The notes beneath the pieces were generated by a model that worked only from the letters and a program-made list of their open reading frames with translations, was not told the origin of the DNA and made no database searches. A program made the translations under genes and the position numbers. A DNA stretch of 64,000 nucleotides from Paraspadella gotoi (Eukaryota > Animalia > Chaetognatha). This document shows, in pieces, positions 31,506 through 43,700 of the stretch. The DNA is taken from the NCBI GenBank assembly GCA_051294375.1, contig CM119271.1, positions 11,675,896 through 11,739,895 on the forward strand, read 5' to 3'. The first letter of the stretch is position 1; every line of letters starts with the position of its first letter.

Positions 31506-34411
31506 TCATTGACGGAATCCGTTGCCGCCCCTCATATCTCCGCGCGGATCGCCCCTAGGGTCACCGCCCCTAGGGTCACCGCCCCGGGGATCGCCCCCTC
31601 TGGCTCCGTTCCTCATGTAGGTCGAGGATCCTCTTCCTCTTCCTCCTCCATATCCTCCCCTAATTGTGGCGCCACCTCTCGCGGCGTAACCGCCTCTTCC
31701 GCCGCCACCGCCTCCGTAACCGCCCCACCTTCCTCCTCCGCCTCGATGTCCTCCGACGGCGGTGTTCATCGGTTTGCGATAACCGCCACCGCCGCCTCCG
31801 TATCCACCGCCGGAGTGGTGATCGTTAGAGTGGTAGCTCTGCTTGGAGGAGACGTCGTCGTCGGCGTAGAGGTTGTTCATCTGCTGGGCGAGTCTGCCGG
31901 CGGCTCCGTCCGACGGCTGCGGCGGCTGCGCCACGTTTGGGAGAGGTCCGTTGCTCTTGGAGGAAGGGGCGACCCCGGATCCGGCGGCCGTGCCGAAAGC
32001 CCCTACCCCCATCTCCACCTTGGCCTCGAAAGCGCGGGGGCCGAACATGGTCGGGTAGACGTTAGTTTGAGGAGGCGATTCGGGCCAAGCGTGGGGCTGA
32101 GGGGGAGGAGGATCAGCAGCGGAAAGAGAAGAGGAGAATCCGTTGGAACCGACGGCCACTGAAGATGACTGACTCGCCGTCTGAAAGAAAAGGGATGGGA
32201 AATAAAAGTTTAACAAATACGAATGATTCAATTGATAAATCGTTAAATAATACTAATGAAGTTGATAAATGCTTAATTCGAAAATCTTCATACTAGATGA
32301 ATATCAACGATCAATTATGTAATCAATTAATCGATTTATCGATAAATAATTTATTATTCAAAGTTGTTAAGCATTAATCAATAATTCAGAAACCAGATTA
32401 AACGCTTCAGCAACCGAGTTAAAAAAAAAGTGGGGGATTTCTCGCCTGTTTATCAGGCGATTCCGTCAGCAGCGAACTCCCGGTAAAGTCGAGCCCGTCG
32501 CCTCCGCCGCCAATCACGGAGCCGACGCCGAAGCTCAACGTCTCGTGCAACTGAGTCCCGGACTTTTGGTTTTGCCGAGAGAGAGACGAGTTTCCGGCGG
32601 CGGCGACCGGCAACATCGAGTCCATTCCGCCTTTGGGGAGGAGATTGCCGGAAATGGCGGCCGTGGAGGAGGCGGAAGAGGAAAGGGGCGGAGAGGAGGT
32701 CCGTCCGAAGGGAGACTCTTGACTCTGGGGGAGGAGGAGGAGGAGCAGGGGGAAGAGGAAGAGGAAAGAGTTAGAAAAGGTAAACAGACAATCTATCAAT
32801 GAAAGATGAAACACCAAGCTCTCACCTGCTTGGAATGATAAGAATTGTTGGTAGACTGAAAATGATTGTGGTGGCGAAGCTGAGAGGAGCCGGGCGGACG
32901 GTGGGTGCTCGAAGACTCCAGCGCTGCTCCTGGAGGAGGAAGAGGAAATAAGTCAAGAATAAAGAAAACAAGAGGGAGATAGAAACCGAGATAGAGAGGG
33001 AGAGATTAATTAAACTTACCAGGAGCCCGCGAGGAAAACCCCGCGGGGTCTCTGGCGCCATGATCGGCCGCCAAGCCTACGCCCACTCCGGCGCCGCTAC
33101 CGCCGCCAATTTGGGAGGCAGGGGACGTGACGGCTTCGGATCCTTGAGGAAGAATTAATTATGTAGGGGATTAATTTTTGAATTATTTTAAATTATATAG
33201 AGTTCGTCAATCTCATTTGCATATTGTCGAGTTCTGATTTAAATTTTCATAAATTTTTATTCTATTGCCCTAAAGGTTTAATTTTCATATTTGTCTGTAT
33301 TTATTATCATAATAACCTAAATATACTTTTAATCACTTCTGATTCCATCTGACTTCTATATTTACGATTAATTAATTAATAATTGATATATAATTGATAA
33401 TAGATATATCTTATATGTCTTAGATATATCTTATCAGTTATCATATATTTTTTATAGATTTAGATATCTTATATATCTTTTATATATCTTATATCTTATC
33501 TTATACATATGGATTTATTATATTTTATATTTGATTGTTTTTGGTCCTATACTTTTCACATTTTAGTACTTCAACATTCTGGAACGTTTGTTTTTATAGT
33601 TTTTTATAAATTACACTATGCCTAAATTAGTCCTTAATATTTTTTTAAATTTTTGTGTTAATGACTTCTGTTTTTCTGTCCATCATTGATGTCAGTTTAG
33701 TTTTATTTGTTTATCGCGTTGTTATTAATTTGTTGCTGGTTTCGTTAATACTGTTTTTGGTATTAATTAAAAAAAAACTATAATGTATCCACCTCCTATA
33801 ACTAATCAATGATAAAAATCCCAAAACCCTCACCCACAGCCCCCGTCGGCCTTTTGGATCCCGTGACGAGCATAACGGCTGGGTCGTCGATCATGGGCGA
33901 GGGACCCGCGGCGGGGATCGCGGCGGGGATCGCCCCGGAGATGGGAGCGGGGATCGCCGGGGAATCAGAGTCCAAAAAAGAGTCTTGGAGGAAGTTGATG
34001 CTTCCCTGGACAGACTCCATCACCTTGGGGTGGTGGGGAGTTATTCGATTATTATTACAATGTCATAATCTTAATCAAAGAAATAGTTTAACTAGACTCG
34101 GAAACAAAGGCCTTTTCCCCACCCCCCCCCCACCTGGTGAAAGGGCCTCGGCGGAGCCAGCGTGAAGGAGTAACTGTCTTTGTCCTGCTCTTGAGCGACT
34201 GGTTCCTGAATGGACGGTTTCGTTGGGTTGGAATGAGAAAAAGCCTCCTTCGCGGCTCCGGGCTGCTGCTGCTGCTGCTGCTCCATGGCTGCCGGTGGAA
34301 AATCCTCCTTCGTTTTCTGAGGCAACGAATTTTCTAAGGAGGAAAAAAAATCGTGAAATGTTATCAATTTGGGCAAATTACTATATTCACATAATATGTT
34401 TAAAGAGTGGC

Positions 34412-34468
<57 letters not shown>

Positions 34469-36167
34469 TGCAAGGCGTTGGTTTTGCTTTGGGCGAGAAG
34501 CGTCGAATCTCCCGACTTTCGACGAACGGATTCGTCGTCTTCGTCGTGAGATCTCGATCGTTGATGAGCGAAGACAGGAACCGGAGCCTCGGATTCGACG
34601 ACGTGATCCACGTGCATCGACCTGAAGGTTAAAATATTAAATGTGTTAAAAATAATATTACCGAATGTCTTGAATTTTTTTTCTCATTAATTTTTACAAT
34701 AATATACTATGACAAAGTTAGGAAGACCGATATTACTAGCAGTAAACACGAGTTGAGAGAAATGTTTAAATTATTCAGAAACTATCTAAATGCTGCAATA
34801 TGCAAATGAGATTTAAAAACTTCACATTGAGACTCACCGTTCCTCTTCCTCCTTCGCCTTGTCTCTCCCCTCTATTCCTGCCTCGGGCGAATTCCCAACG
34901 AGCGACGAGTCTTCCGCTTCAGAATCGACGCCGGCGTCGTTAACCGCTTCCGCCACGCCCACCGGCGCCGCCAATATGACGTCGCAATACCCGCTGACGA
35001 GGACGCGCTCCAAAACGCCGCTCACGTCGGCATAGGTCAAGTCCTCGGAGGTCTTTCGGGCGACGGAAGCGTCGAGAAGCGCCTGAAGATGATCGGTGGC
35101 TAAGTTCCAGGCTTCGTCGTCGCCGGCGGCGAGAAGGTCATCGCCGCGGAGACGCACGGCGGCGCCGACCTCTTCCATCGCCGCCAATTCCGCCTCGGAC
35201 ACGAGCGGCGCTCCGTTGGCGCCGGCGAGCAGATCCCGTTTGGCCTGCGGCTGCGCGAGGACGCGAAAGACGCGGTTGACGCCGATCACGTGACGCAGAC
35301 GTTTGAGGTCGCAAGCGCGTTTCTCCTGGGCAGAGATTTTGGCCTGGTGCTTCTCTTCTCTGATGGCGTCGTAGGCCAATTTGCGGAAAGAATCCGCGAG
35401 CTCTTTGGCGAAGTAGATGGCGCCCACCACCTAGGGGAATCGGAAGGAGATCGTTTTATGTTCATTGTCTTTGGTTATTTCGTCTTTTGTTTATTGTGGT
35501 TATTGAACTCGATCATATTGCTCACCTCCTCATAGTGCGAGGCTGCCTCCCTTTGGTCTTTGTTCAGATTCTCTCCCGCTTCGAGTTTGACGTTGTACTC
35601 GTGCAGCCTTTCCCTCCGCTTCTCCAGATTCCTCCGCCTCTTGTCCAGAGACTTGAAGATCTGCTTGAGATTCTCCGGCGCCAAATCTTCGATGGCGGCG
35701 CCGGAATTTGTGGTGGCGTTGGTGGCGGCGGAGGCGGACTTGTGCGGAGCCGGCGGCTCCACCGGGGAATCGACCCTCGATCCCCCGCGGTCCGAGTTTG
35801 ACGAGGAAGTTGGGGCGTCTCCTCCCGCGGCCGCCGCGGCTGCGGCCGCAGAGATCGACGCCAAGGGGTTCTTGGGAGGTGGAAAGGAAGAGGGTGGAAA
35901 GGAAGAGGGTGGAAAGGAAGAGGGTGGAAAGGAAGAGGGTGGAAAGGAGTTATGATTGAAGGACATGGAATCACAAAGTGAGTCATGGTTGATCTCCTTT
36001 TTGTTAAAACTAAAATATAAAAACAACGCCTCTCTCTCATAATCCAAACAAAAAGGAATTAAGAATGGATTTTGGATAAATGATCTGGGGAAATACGGTT
36101 GTAGTTATTTTTATCGCAATCCCATCATTCACCGGATTAAACAACTGACCTGCGTCGCAGTTGGCAT
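31506..36167 (-). CDS. CAPRIN1: Caprin-family RNA-binding protein, multi-exon
   Basis: Micro first exon MPTATQ. HR1 region LDKRRRNLEKRRERL..Y....GENLNKDQREAASHYEEV, then GSINFLQDS, and a C-terminal RGG/YGG-rich tail with GGDPR repeats. Confidence 0.85.
35878..35948. repeat. 15-bp tandem repeat (GGTGGAAAGGAAGAG) x ~4.5 in the caprin intron-1 polypyrimidine tract
   Basis: Directly visible perfect units. Confidence 0.9.
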
Positions 36168-36455
36168 CCCTGATCAACGAAAAGCTTGAAAAGAGCTCCG
36201 TCTAGAAAAAGTTTTATGTTTATCCTAAAACGAAATCGGAGAAATCGTAGAAGAAAAATCATTTTTATAATTATAATTAATTTATAATTATAATATATAT
36301 ATTTCAAGTACATGAGGAAATGAGAAAACAATAATTTGACCAAAAAAAATGTTATAAACACGAAGGGAAAGAAATGAAAAATGAACAAGTCTAAATTTGT
36401 TGAGTCCATCCGGTCCGCTCCGCCTTCTCTTTAACTCCCCCCGCACCTCCTCATT

Positions 36456-37454
36456 TCACGGCGGCGGCGGCGGCGGCACGAAGCCACCGATGGCGAAAGC
36501 GGCGCCGGGCACCTTGCCGGGCGGCGGCGGCGGCGCCGCCAGGGCCCGCGGGTTATCGAACTTGAAGGCGAACTGGAGGAAGAATTGCTTGGTCTCCTTG
36601 TTCCAGTAGGTCCAGAACTTGCGCTCGCTCTTGTCAACCTCTCGACTGGGGATCTTGAAGGAGATAGTCTCGTAAGGTTCGCAGGCAAAGAGGAGATATT
36701 GCCACTTCTTGTCCGGCGGCTCGATCTTCTGTTCGTAGGCGGACATGAAGCGGTGACGCGGGACCACGCCCTCGGCGATCTCGGGGTAGTCGATCTGGAA
36801 GAGGAGAGACTGTTGCGCCGTCTCGGGTTCTCGTTGTTTCGTCACTTTGTATCCGGGGCGACCGATTTTGACGAACTTGCGGACTTCGACTTTGACCTGG
36901 AGAAGAAAAGAATGTGTGGACATGAAGGAATGAACGAAGGGATGAACGAACGAACGAAGGATCAGACGAACGAACGAATGAACGAACAAAGGGACAACAA
37001 AGAAGAAAGAAAATCAGGAATGAGCGGTTTGGATGAGCGAAAACCCGAAAGAATAACGGAATAAATAAATATTAAATAACCAATTAACGAACGAGCGAAT
37101 CAATGGACAAACCAAGACAAACCGCATTTGACCCAAGAATATCGAACCCACCTTCTCAGGAGCCGGCTGAGCCGGGGCGTCCTGTGCCTCTTTGGCTGCT
37201 CTTCGTGCCAAGTTGGCCTGATGCTTCTTGCCCTGCGTGTGGGCCAAGTAGCTGCCCTCGTTGTTGTGCAGAGTGAGACAGAGTTTGCACTCGTAGGATC
37301 CCAAATGGTTCTTCATGAAGTAAGGATCCTTGGCGATGTCTATCGTCTCCAACGCCAACTGACGGAGGCGCTCGCGTCGATCTCGGTTGGCGTCGGAGGC
37401 GGACGCTACGCCTCCGCCGCCGGTTTTACCGCCGGCGCGATTTTGAAAATCCAT
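36456..37454 (-). CDS. SF3A2: Splicing factor 3A subunit 2, 2 exons
   Basis: MDFQNRAGGKTGGGG, DPYFMKNHLGSYECKLCLTLHNNEGSYLAHTQGKKH, KIGRPGYKVTKQR, PRHRFMSAYEQ. Confidence 0.97.
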
Positions 37455-37563
37455 GGCGATTCGCTTTTAGTCGCTTTAATAAAATTATCAACGAATAACG
37501 ATAAGCCAAAAAAAGTAAGCAATAACGAAATAACAATTAACATAATAGTAACATTTCGTAGTT

Positions 37564-39462
37564 TTACTGGGAGTTTGTGGTTTTTAATGAAGCGAGTTTG
37601 TCAACGTAAGACTGGAAATAAGTTTGGGTCATCGCTTGGCTTTTGTCTTGAGAAAAAAGTGAATCACTCGAAATTTTTTGCACAAATTTGAGAAAAGCGA
37701 GTTTAGCCTTGATGAGTTTCTTGGCGTCGACGCATTCCAAATCCCCGGCGGCCGCGGCAGAGCCAAAGTGCATCTTGGGCCACCAGTCGGCGCGGCACTC
37801 GAACCATTCTTCGCGGAAACACTCTCTGGCAAAGGCCACTCTCGCCGGCGAGCACTCGCCGCCTCGGAGAAGGTGCGCCAAAAGTCTCCAAGACTCGGCG
37901 TCTCTTTTCCAAACTGGAAAATCGAGAAGATCAAAAACGAGGCGAAGAGATCGACGGGGAATTTGATCGACGCCGACGGCGGCGAATTCGTTCAAACGAT
38001 CGACGAGCTTAAAGACGATCGTCTTGTTCATGGGACATAACTCATTGTAGGAGACAAGGACTTCGTCGTAGAGCCTTCGCCGCTCTTCCACCGAGTATGC
38101 GTAGTCTTCTTCTTCATCGGTCTCAAACTTTTCCAAAAAGTCAATAAGCGCCTCATGCGCGTTGGGATTCCATGGATGGACTTCACGATAACGGGTCAGA
38201 ACTTCGAGGCAACGTTTCTCTCCATGGGGTTGTCGACGAAGAATCCCGAGAAAAGCTGAAAGAAATCCATCCCATGAGTGATCCTCGATGAACACAACCT
38301 CTTCGAAGCAACGGATTGCTTGTTCCTCCATCGACTTTGCTTTGGCCTCCCGTTTGTCGGCCGCCATGAGTTCTGCATTGATTTCCTCAGCGCTGGTTTT
38401 ATTGGCTTTTCTTTCATCCAAGGCATCCATATCAAAATCAAAGAATGTCACGGTTCTCGCCCTCGTTTCGTCCCAATTGCGAGGTTTGACCTCATCGCCG
38501 TCCGTCCGCAGCTTTTGAGCGTAAAAGGCGCAAGAGAGTCCCGTGAGGGCGGTGAAGAGCGCCTTCACTTCTTTCGCCCAAGGAGTTACGATTTTTGAGT
38601 GAAACTGTTTAGGTCTCTCGGTTTCGATGCGGCTCTGCAGTCGCGCGGCTGTGTCGAAGCGGTCGTGTTGCAGGAGCAGCGGCAGCCAGTGAACGCCCAC
38701 GTCGCGGGGATCGATGTTAACGCCGTCGAGGAGAACGCCGACGAGACGTTCCAAGGCAGAGAATTGAATATTCGCGCCCTCCCGCAAATCGTTTTCCCCT
38801 CCGGCGGCAACGAATATCTCCAAAGCCGTCTTCAGCACCAACGTTGGAATGTCCCTGTTAACCAAGGCGTCGCGAGTGTGGGCGGCGATGGCCCAGACGG
38901 CGTAGGCGGCCTGGCGGTACCGCCGCTTCAACAAACACCGACGTAGCATCTCGGTCAGAAGTCCGAAGTGGCCGCAGCCGTGACGAACGCCGGACTCGAG
39001 GTTTCCGATTTCTTCTCCGAACTTTTTCAGGTTGTCGAGGTTGCGGTAAAACCTGAAACAGAGAATATAAACTAATAAAATAAAATATTATTACAAAACC
39101 ATATATATTAAAAAGCTTGTTTCTCACCAAGCAACTTCCAAGTTTTCCTCTTCCTCTTCCTCGATCTCCAGCATCAACGATTGATAATCGACTCTCCCGT
39201 GACCTTTGACATTCTTCCCGACCTCGGGTCGATGCAACAAAACTCGCATAACGCCACGAAAAAGTTCAGCGTCGATGGAGGACTTGGCACGCCCATCCAT
39301 GGGAGTTGAAGGAGTGTTGGCGCCGATGGCGGAGGAGTTGAGGTCGAAGTCTTCAGGGTCGTCGTCATTATCATCGTCATCATTGTCGTCGTCGTCGGGA
39401 AAGTCGACCTCGTGATCAGATCGACCCGAAACAAAATCCTTCACATCGATTAATCGCGACAT
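37564..39462 (-). CDS. TAF1A: RNA polymerase I SL1 subunit TAF1A (TAFI48)-like, 2 exons
   Basis: HPWNPNAH, LVFDLLDF....AESWRLL and EWFECRADWWPKMHF resemble the TAF1A C-terminal motifs (PSNPNAH, FGVLDF, WNSRKNWWPGFHF) as I recall them. Confidence 0.72.
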
Positions 39463-40224
39463 TTCTGAGTAATGAGGGAAAAAGGCATTCGGTTTTCGGT
39501 TGTAGTTAAATATTACGGAAGACTTTGATTAATAGAAGAAGGAGTAAAGTAGATATGAGGGATCTCAATAGTCGTAATTGTTCGAATGAAAATAAAGACA
39601 CGCTTGAGTATTTTGAGTTGAACAAAAAAAGCCGCAACCTCAATCAATGCGATCAACGGGAAAGAGAGAATATGATATTAAATATATATCATATACTAAC
39701 AGATTAAGTGGCACTTTACGGTTTTAACTGGTATAAAATATAATTCCCTCCTACATTCAGCTTTGTAATCTAATTTAGCTCTAGTTTCTAGACTCATTAC
39801 GGTAGATCACAGGCAGAGAAACAATTCAGTTGTGTAATGCGTAAGAACAATCGTCACAGTAATATAAACGATACATTATTCAATCTTCAATGTATTAACC
39901 TACAGTTTCATTTTGATCTCGATTTATTTTCATCAAAAGTCAACAAACGTCAGATTCAATTTCCTCCGGTGGAAGAAAAATCAGGGCGTAAAAATAAAGA
40001 AAAATCTCTAACGTTTAACAACCTCTAACATAATTAAACAACAAGATGTAAATGTTCTTGTATGAAATGATAAGTATTAAGTATTGCCATTTGAAAGTCG
40101 GGGATAGGAGAAAGACTAGAATTACCTCTTTTGACATGCTATAATATAAAAGACGTTCTCTGAGTCTAAAGGTTAAATAACGCGATTATCGAAGGCAATA
40201 AACTGGACAGATTTTTTTGCATAT

Positions 40225-40714
40225 TCATCTTAGAATAGATAAAAATTTGGGGAATTCCGTCGCGACATCGGAATCACGATGGCCGCCTCCAATGCGAAGA
40301 AGGACTTGAGCTTTTTTCGCCAGCGACGCCAGCGCCATCTTTCCGTCAAAGTTCAAAGTCTTCGCTTCGGATTCGTCGATCGAATTCAACATCAAATGGA
40401 TCATCTTCTCCAGCACCAGCGCCTCCTCCAGCTGACAAAACCCGACGAACTTTCGGAACGATTCCTCCAAGTCCGGATCTTCTCCGACGTCGGCGCCGAG
40501 ACCCTGCAGCGTCGCTAGCCGGAGCAGCGCCGCGGCACTCGACAGGAAGGCGCGGGGATCGAGTTCGGCGCCGAGGCGCTGCAGGGCGCCGCAGAGCCGC
40601 GAATCGAGGCGCGGACGGCGCCGCGAACGGTGGAGGAACTCTTCGACGGAAGCGAAGGAGGAGTTGAGTCTGTCGCCGAGGATGAGTGAAGAGAAGTTGA
40701 GAATCGATTTGGAT

Positions 40715-40745
<31 letters not shown>

Positions 40746-43700
40746 TAACGACAACAAAGTCGCAGGGATTGAGGAAGAGAAGTGGATCTACGAGGGAATC
40801 TTTGGACGCGACGTAGACGAGAATAGATTTGATTCTCGAGACGGAAAATACTAGAGGAGGCGACCGGGAAGAGGAGGAGGAGGAGCGTTTCCTCGAAAGG
40901 CATTTGCGGTGCTGAGCGAAGGCGATCGCCGCCTCGAGCAGCTGAAGGAGCAGCGAAGCTCTCGACGAGTCGGTCCCTCGATCAGAGGACGCCTCCGTCG
41001 CCAGATCTTCCAAAGTCTTTTCCGTCAGAAACGAGTCCAGCGTTTGAAGGTTTTCCAGAGCGAGAGGGGATATCAAGACCTGAGTGACAAAGGAGGTAGA
41101 ATGTAGATGGGAACGAGATTAGGCTAAAAAAATACCGAGATCTCTCGTCTGAAACTCGCGTCTTAGATTTAAAAAAAAAGAGACAAAAAGGAAGCTTAAT
41201 GGGATCAGTTTTTAGTTTAGCCGCGAATAATCGTAACTTTTTAGTGGGTCCGTCTGTCTCTCCATCGGGCAATCCAACTTAATGTCGGAGACAAATTCGT
41301 GCGAACATCGAGGGACACGTACAAAATAATTACGGCCATGATTCAATTTATTTATTTTTTTTTTTTTAAATGAACACAAATTTTTGTATTAAAAGTATCA
41401 AAAATGATAGGGATTTTTGATTAGAAAATGAAGGAGTTGGTTACATAATCCGAGGTCCAGCTCAGTTTGTGTTAGGGTTAAAATTTAATCCATTTTGTAT
41501 GTAATAATTAAGAAATATTATAAAAAGTATGTTTTTTTTTATTCTTTGAGCGAAATAACTGTTCGGGTTTTTTTCTTTTTAATATCTTTTTTTTAATTTC
41601 TTTTTCATAATNNNNNNNNNNNNNNNNNNNNNNNNNTAGAACCCCGGACCTTTGGGTTGGAGGCGAATGACTTGCCTCCGGCACAATGGCCGCTGATGAA
41701 CGGTTGGTGGATTTTAGTCCACCATAACGTTTGATTTTACCAGTACTTAATTTAATCGTCTTTGACGTACGTGATAAATCTTTCGAACGTTTTCGTTTGA
41801 CTGTGATACATTTAACAATATTGTAATTATCGTCGCAATCTTGTAACGCTTTTGCGCATAATTGTCGTCGTCGGCGTTCCAAATTATAGATCGCTTTTTT
41901 TATGATTAAATTTGGGTGTATGAAGCTGAAAATTTATATACAGCTTCTCATCATCAAATGTGCTTAAATTTGGTCAGGACAGTTATTAAATTATGTTTTG
42001 TTTACGTTTTATCAAAACAAACAGATTTTCTCTTTTATTTTCATATTTCTCTCTTCTCTCTTTTCTCTTTTAATTATATGTGGCTCTCTCTCTTTTCCCC
42101 AGTGCTGATTCATCGGAAAAAAAACGAATCTGCAGCTGGCTCTGCAGGGCTTTCTCTTTTCTTTCTTTTTCCTGCTGCTTCTGCTGCTGCCTTTTGATTT
42201 TTTTTCTCTCTCTTTTAAAAAAAATTGAGTTAGGATTGAACTCGTAAAATTAGGCATCGCATTCGTGCATGTTATCATTTTGCTATCGTAACATCGTTTT
42301 ATTTCGTTTTTTTTTTCCAGGGACTGCGCTGCTGATAGTTATTTTTAACATATTTTTTTGTTTCAAACTAATTTTAATTTTCTTGTACTTTATTTTTTTT
42401 TTAATTGACATCGCAAAATAGAATTTTCTTTCTGTTTATAATTAATTTTCTTTCTCAAATTTTTTTGTCAAGGCTGCATCTGCTGATCAGTTTATTTGAC
42501 AATGACAATTGACAATGATAAATTTTTTTTTTTCAAAAACTGTAATTCATTCATGTTGCTCCTCTCCACCACGTAGTTGCTTTTTGTTCCAGATTCGTGT
42601 TGTCCACAAGAAAGACAAAAGAAAAACGAAAAGCAGGATCCTCTGCTCTTCCCCTCCTGCTCTTCCCTCTTCAGATACTAGCTCAGCGAAAGCGAACGCA
42701 CGAAATCACTTTTTTTGTTCACGACTGTCGTTCACAGTTTTTGAATATTTTTGAAATTTTTGAATTTTTTCTGCAATTATTTTTGGAAATAATTTGATTA
42801 CTACGGAAATTCTTTTTCCCTTCCGAGATTTTGTTTCGATTCAGTTTGGGTGAATCTCGAATCGGTTTCCGCTTTTTATTTGTCAAGATGTCGAGTCTCG
42901 CAAACCGAAATCGAGCCCGCGTAAAAGCGGTCAAAAGCGAGCGAGGGCCCGGAATGGTCAGACTCCGGAGCCGCCCGACGTTTTAGGGGCTGTCTCGCCC
43001 CTCACCTCCGTAACGGCCCTGTTCTCCCGCGTGGAACATGCCGTAGGCCGCCCGAGGTCGCGACCCCGCGTGGTTTTCCTGGCGGCTCGGAGCCGGGTGC
43101 ACCGACCTATCATGGTCGATGTGTAGGGAGAGGACGTGCTGCAATTCCCTACAAAGGACTCGCCCTTAGCGGTGAAACAATCAACTTTGCATTATCAGGA
43201 GGAGGGCTTCGCTTCTTTCAGCAGCAGTGGGAGATTTCAACGTTCCGCTGCGCTCGATATGCTTCATGGCAACGGGAGTGTATTTCTCTTATTTTGTGAT
43301 GCTTTTCGGCTAGATTAGGAATTTTTTCGATTATTCGCTGCCACCAATGCGACTTTGTCTTGTTTTTTGTTTTATGCTCGCCGCTTGTTAGAGAGCAAGT
43401 AGTGTGGAGAGAGCAACAGTGATAGAATTTATGGTTCCAAATGAACCGGATCTTCACTCTCTCCGCCACGGTCTCCCGCCGTGACCCTGCAACCACGGGT
43501 GGGTGGAGGGGCTGCGGGGGTTTTTGTGTTTTTTTGTTGCGCTGATCTATCAATTTTTCTTTTCCTTTTCATTACGATGTTCATGGCCTGGAATTTCATC
43601 TTTGTTGCTTCGTCCATTCAAGTGCTCCGCGGCGTCGTCCAGCGGCAAGATCGCTTGTCGCGATAGTCACCACGCTTTCCTAACCGGATATGGATTAGTT

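Noticed and set aside
36456-36560. SF3A2 lacking the long proline-rich heptad tail
   Set aside because: Short tails are ordinary outside vertebrates.
41690-41745. CTGATGA followed by a hairpin, resembling a hammerhead ribozyme core
   Set aside because: The stem is followed by TGATTT, not the required GAAA, and no stems I/III are evident.
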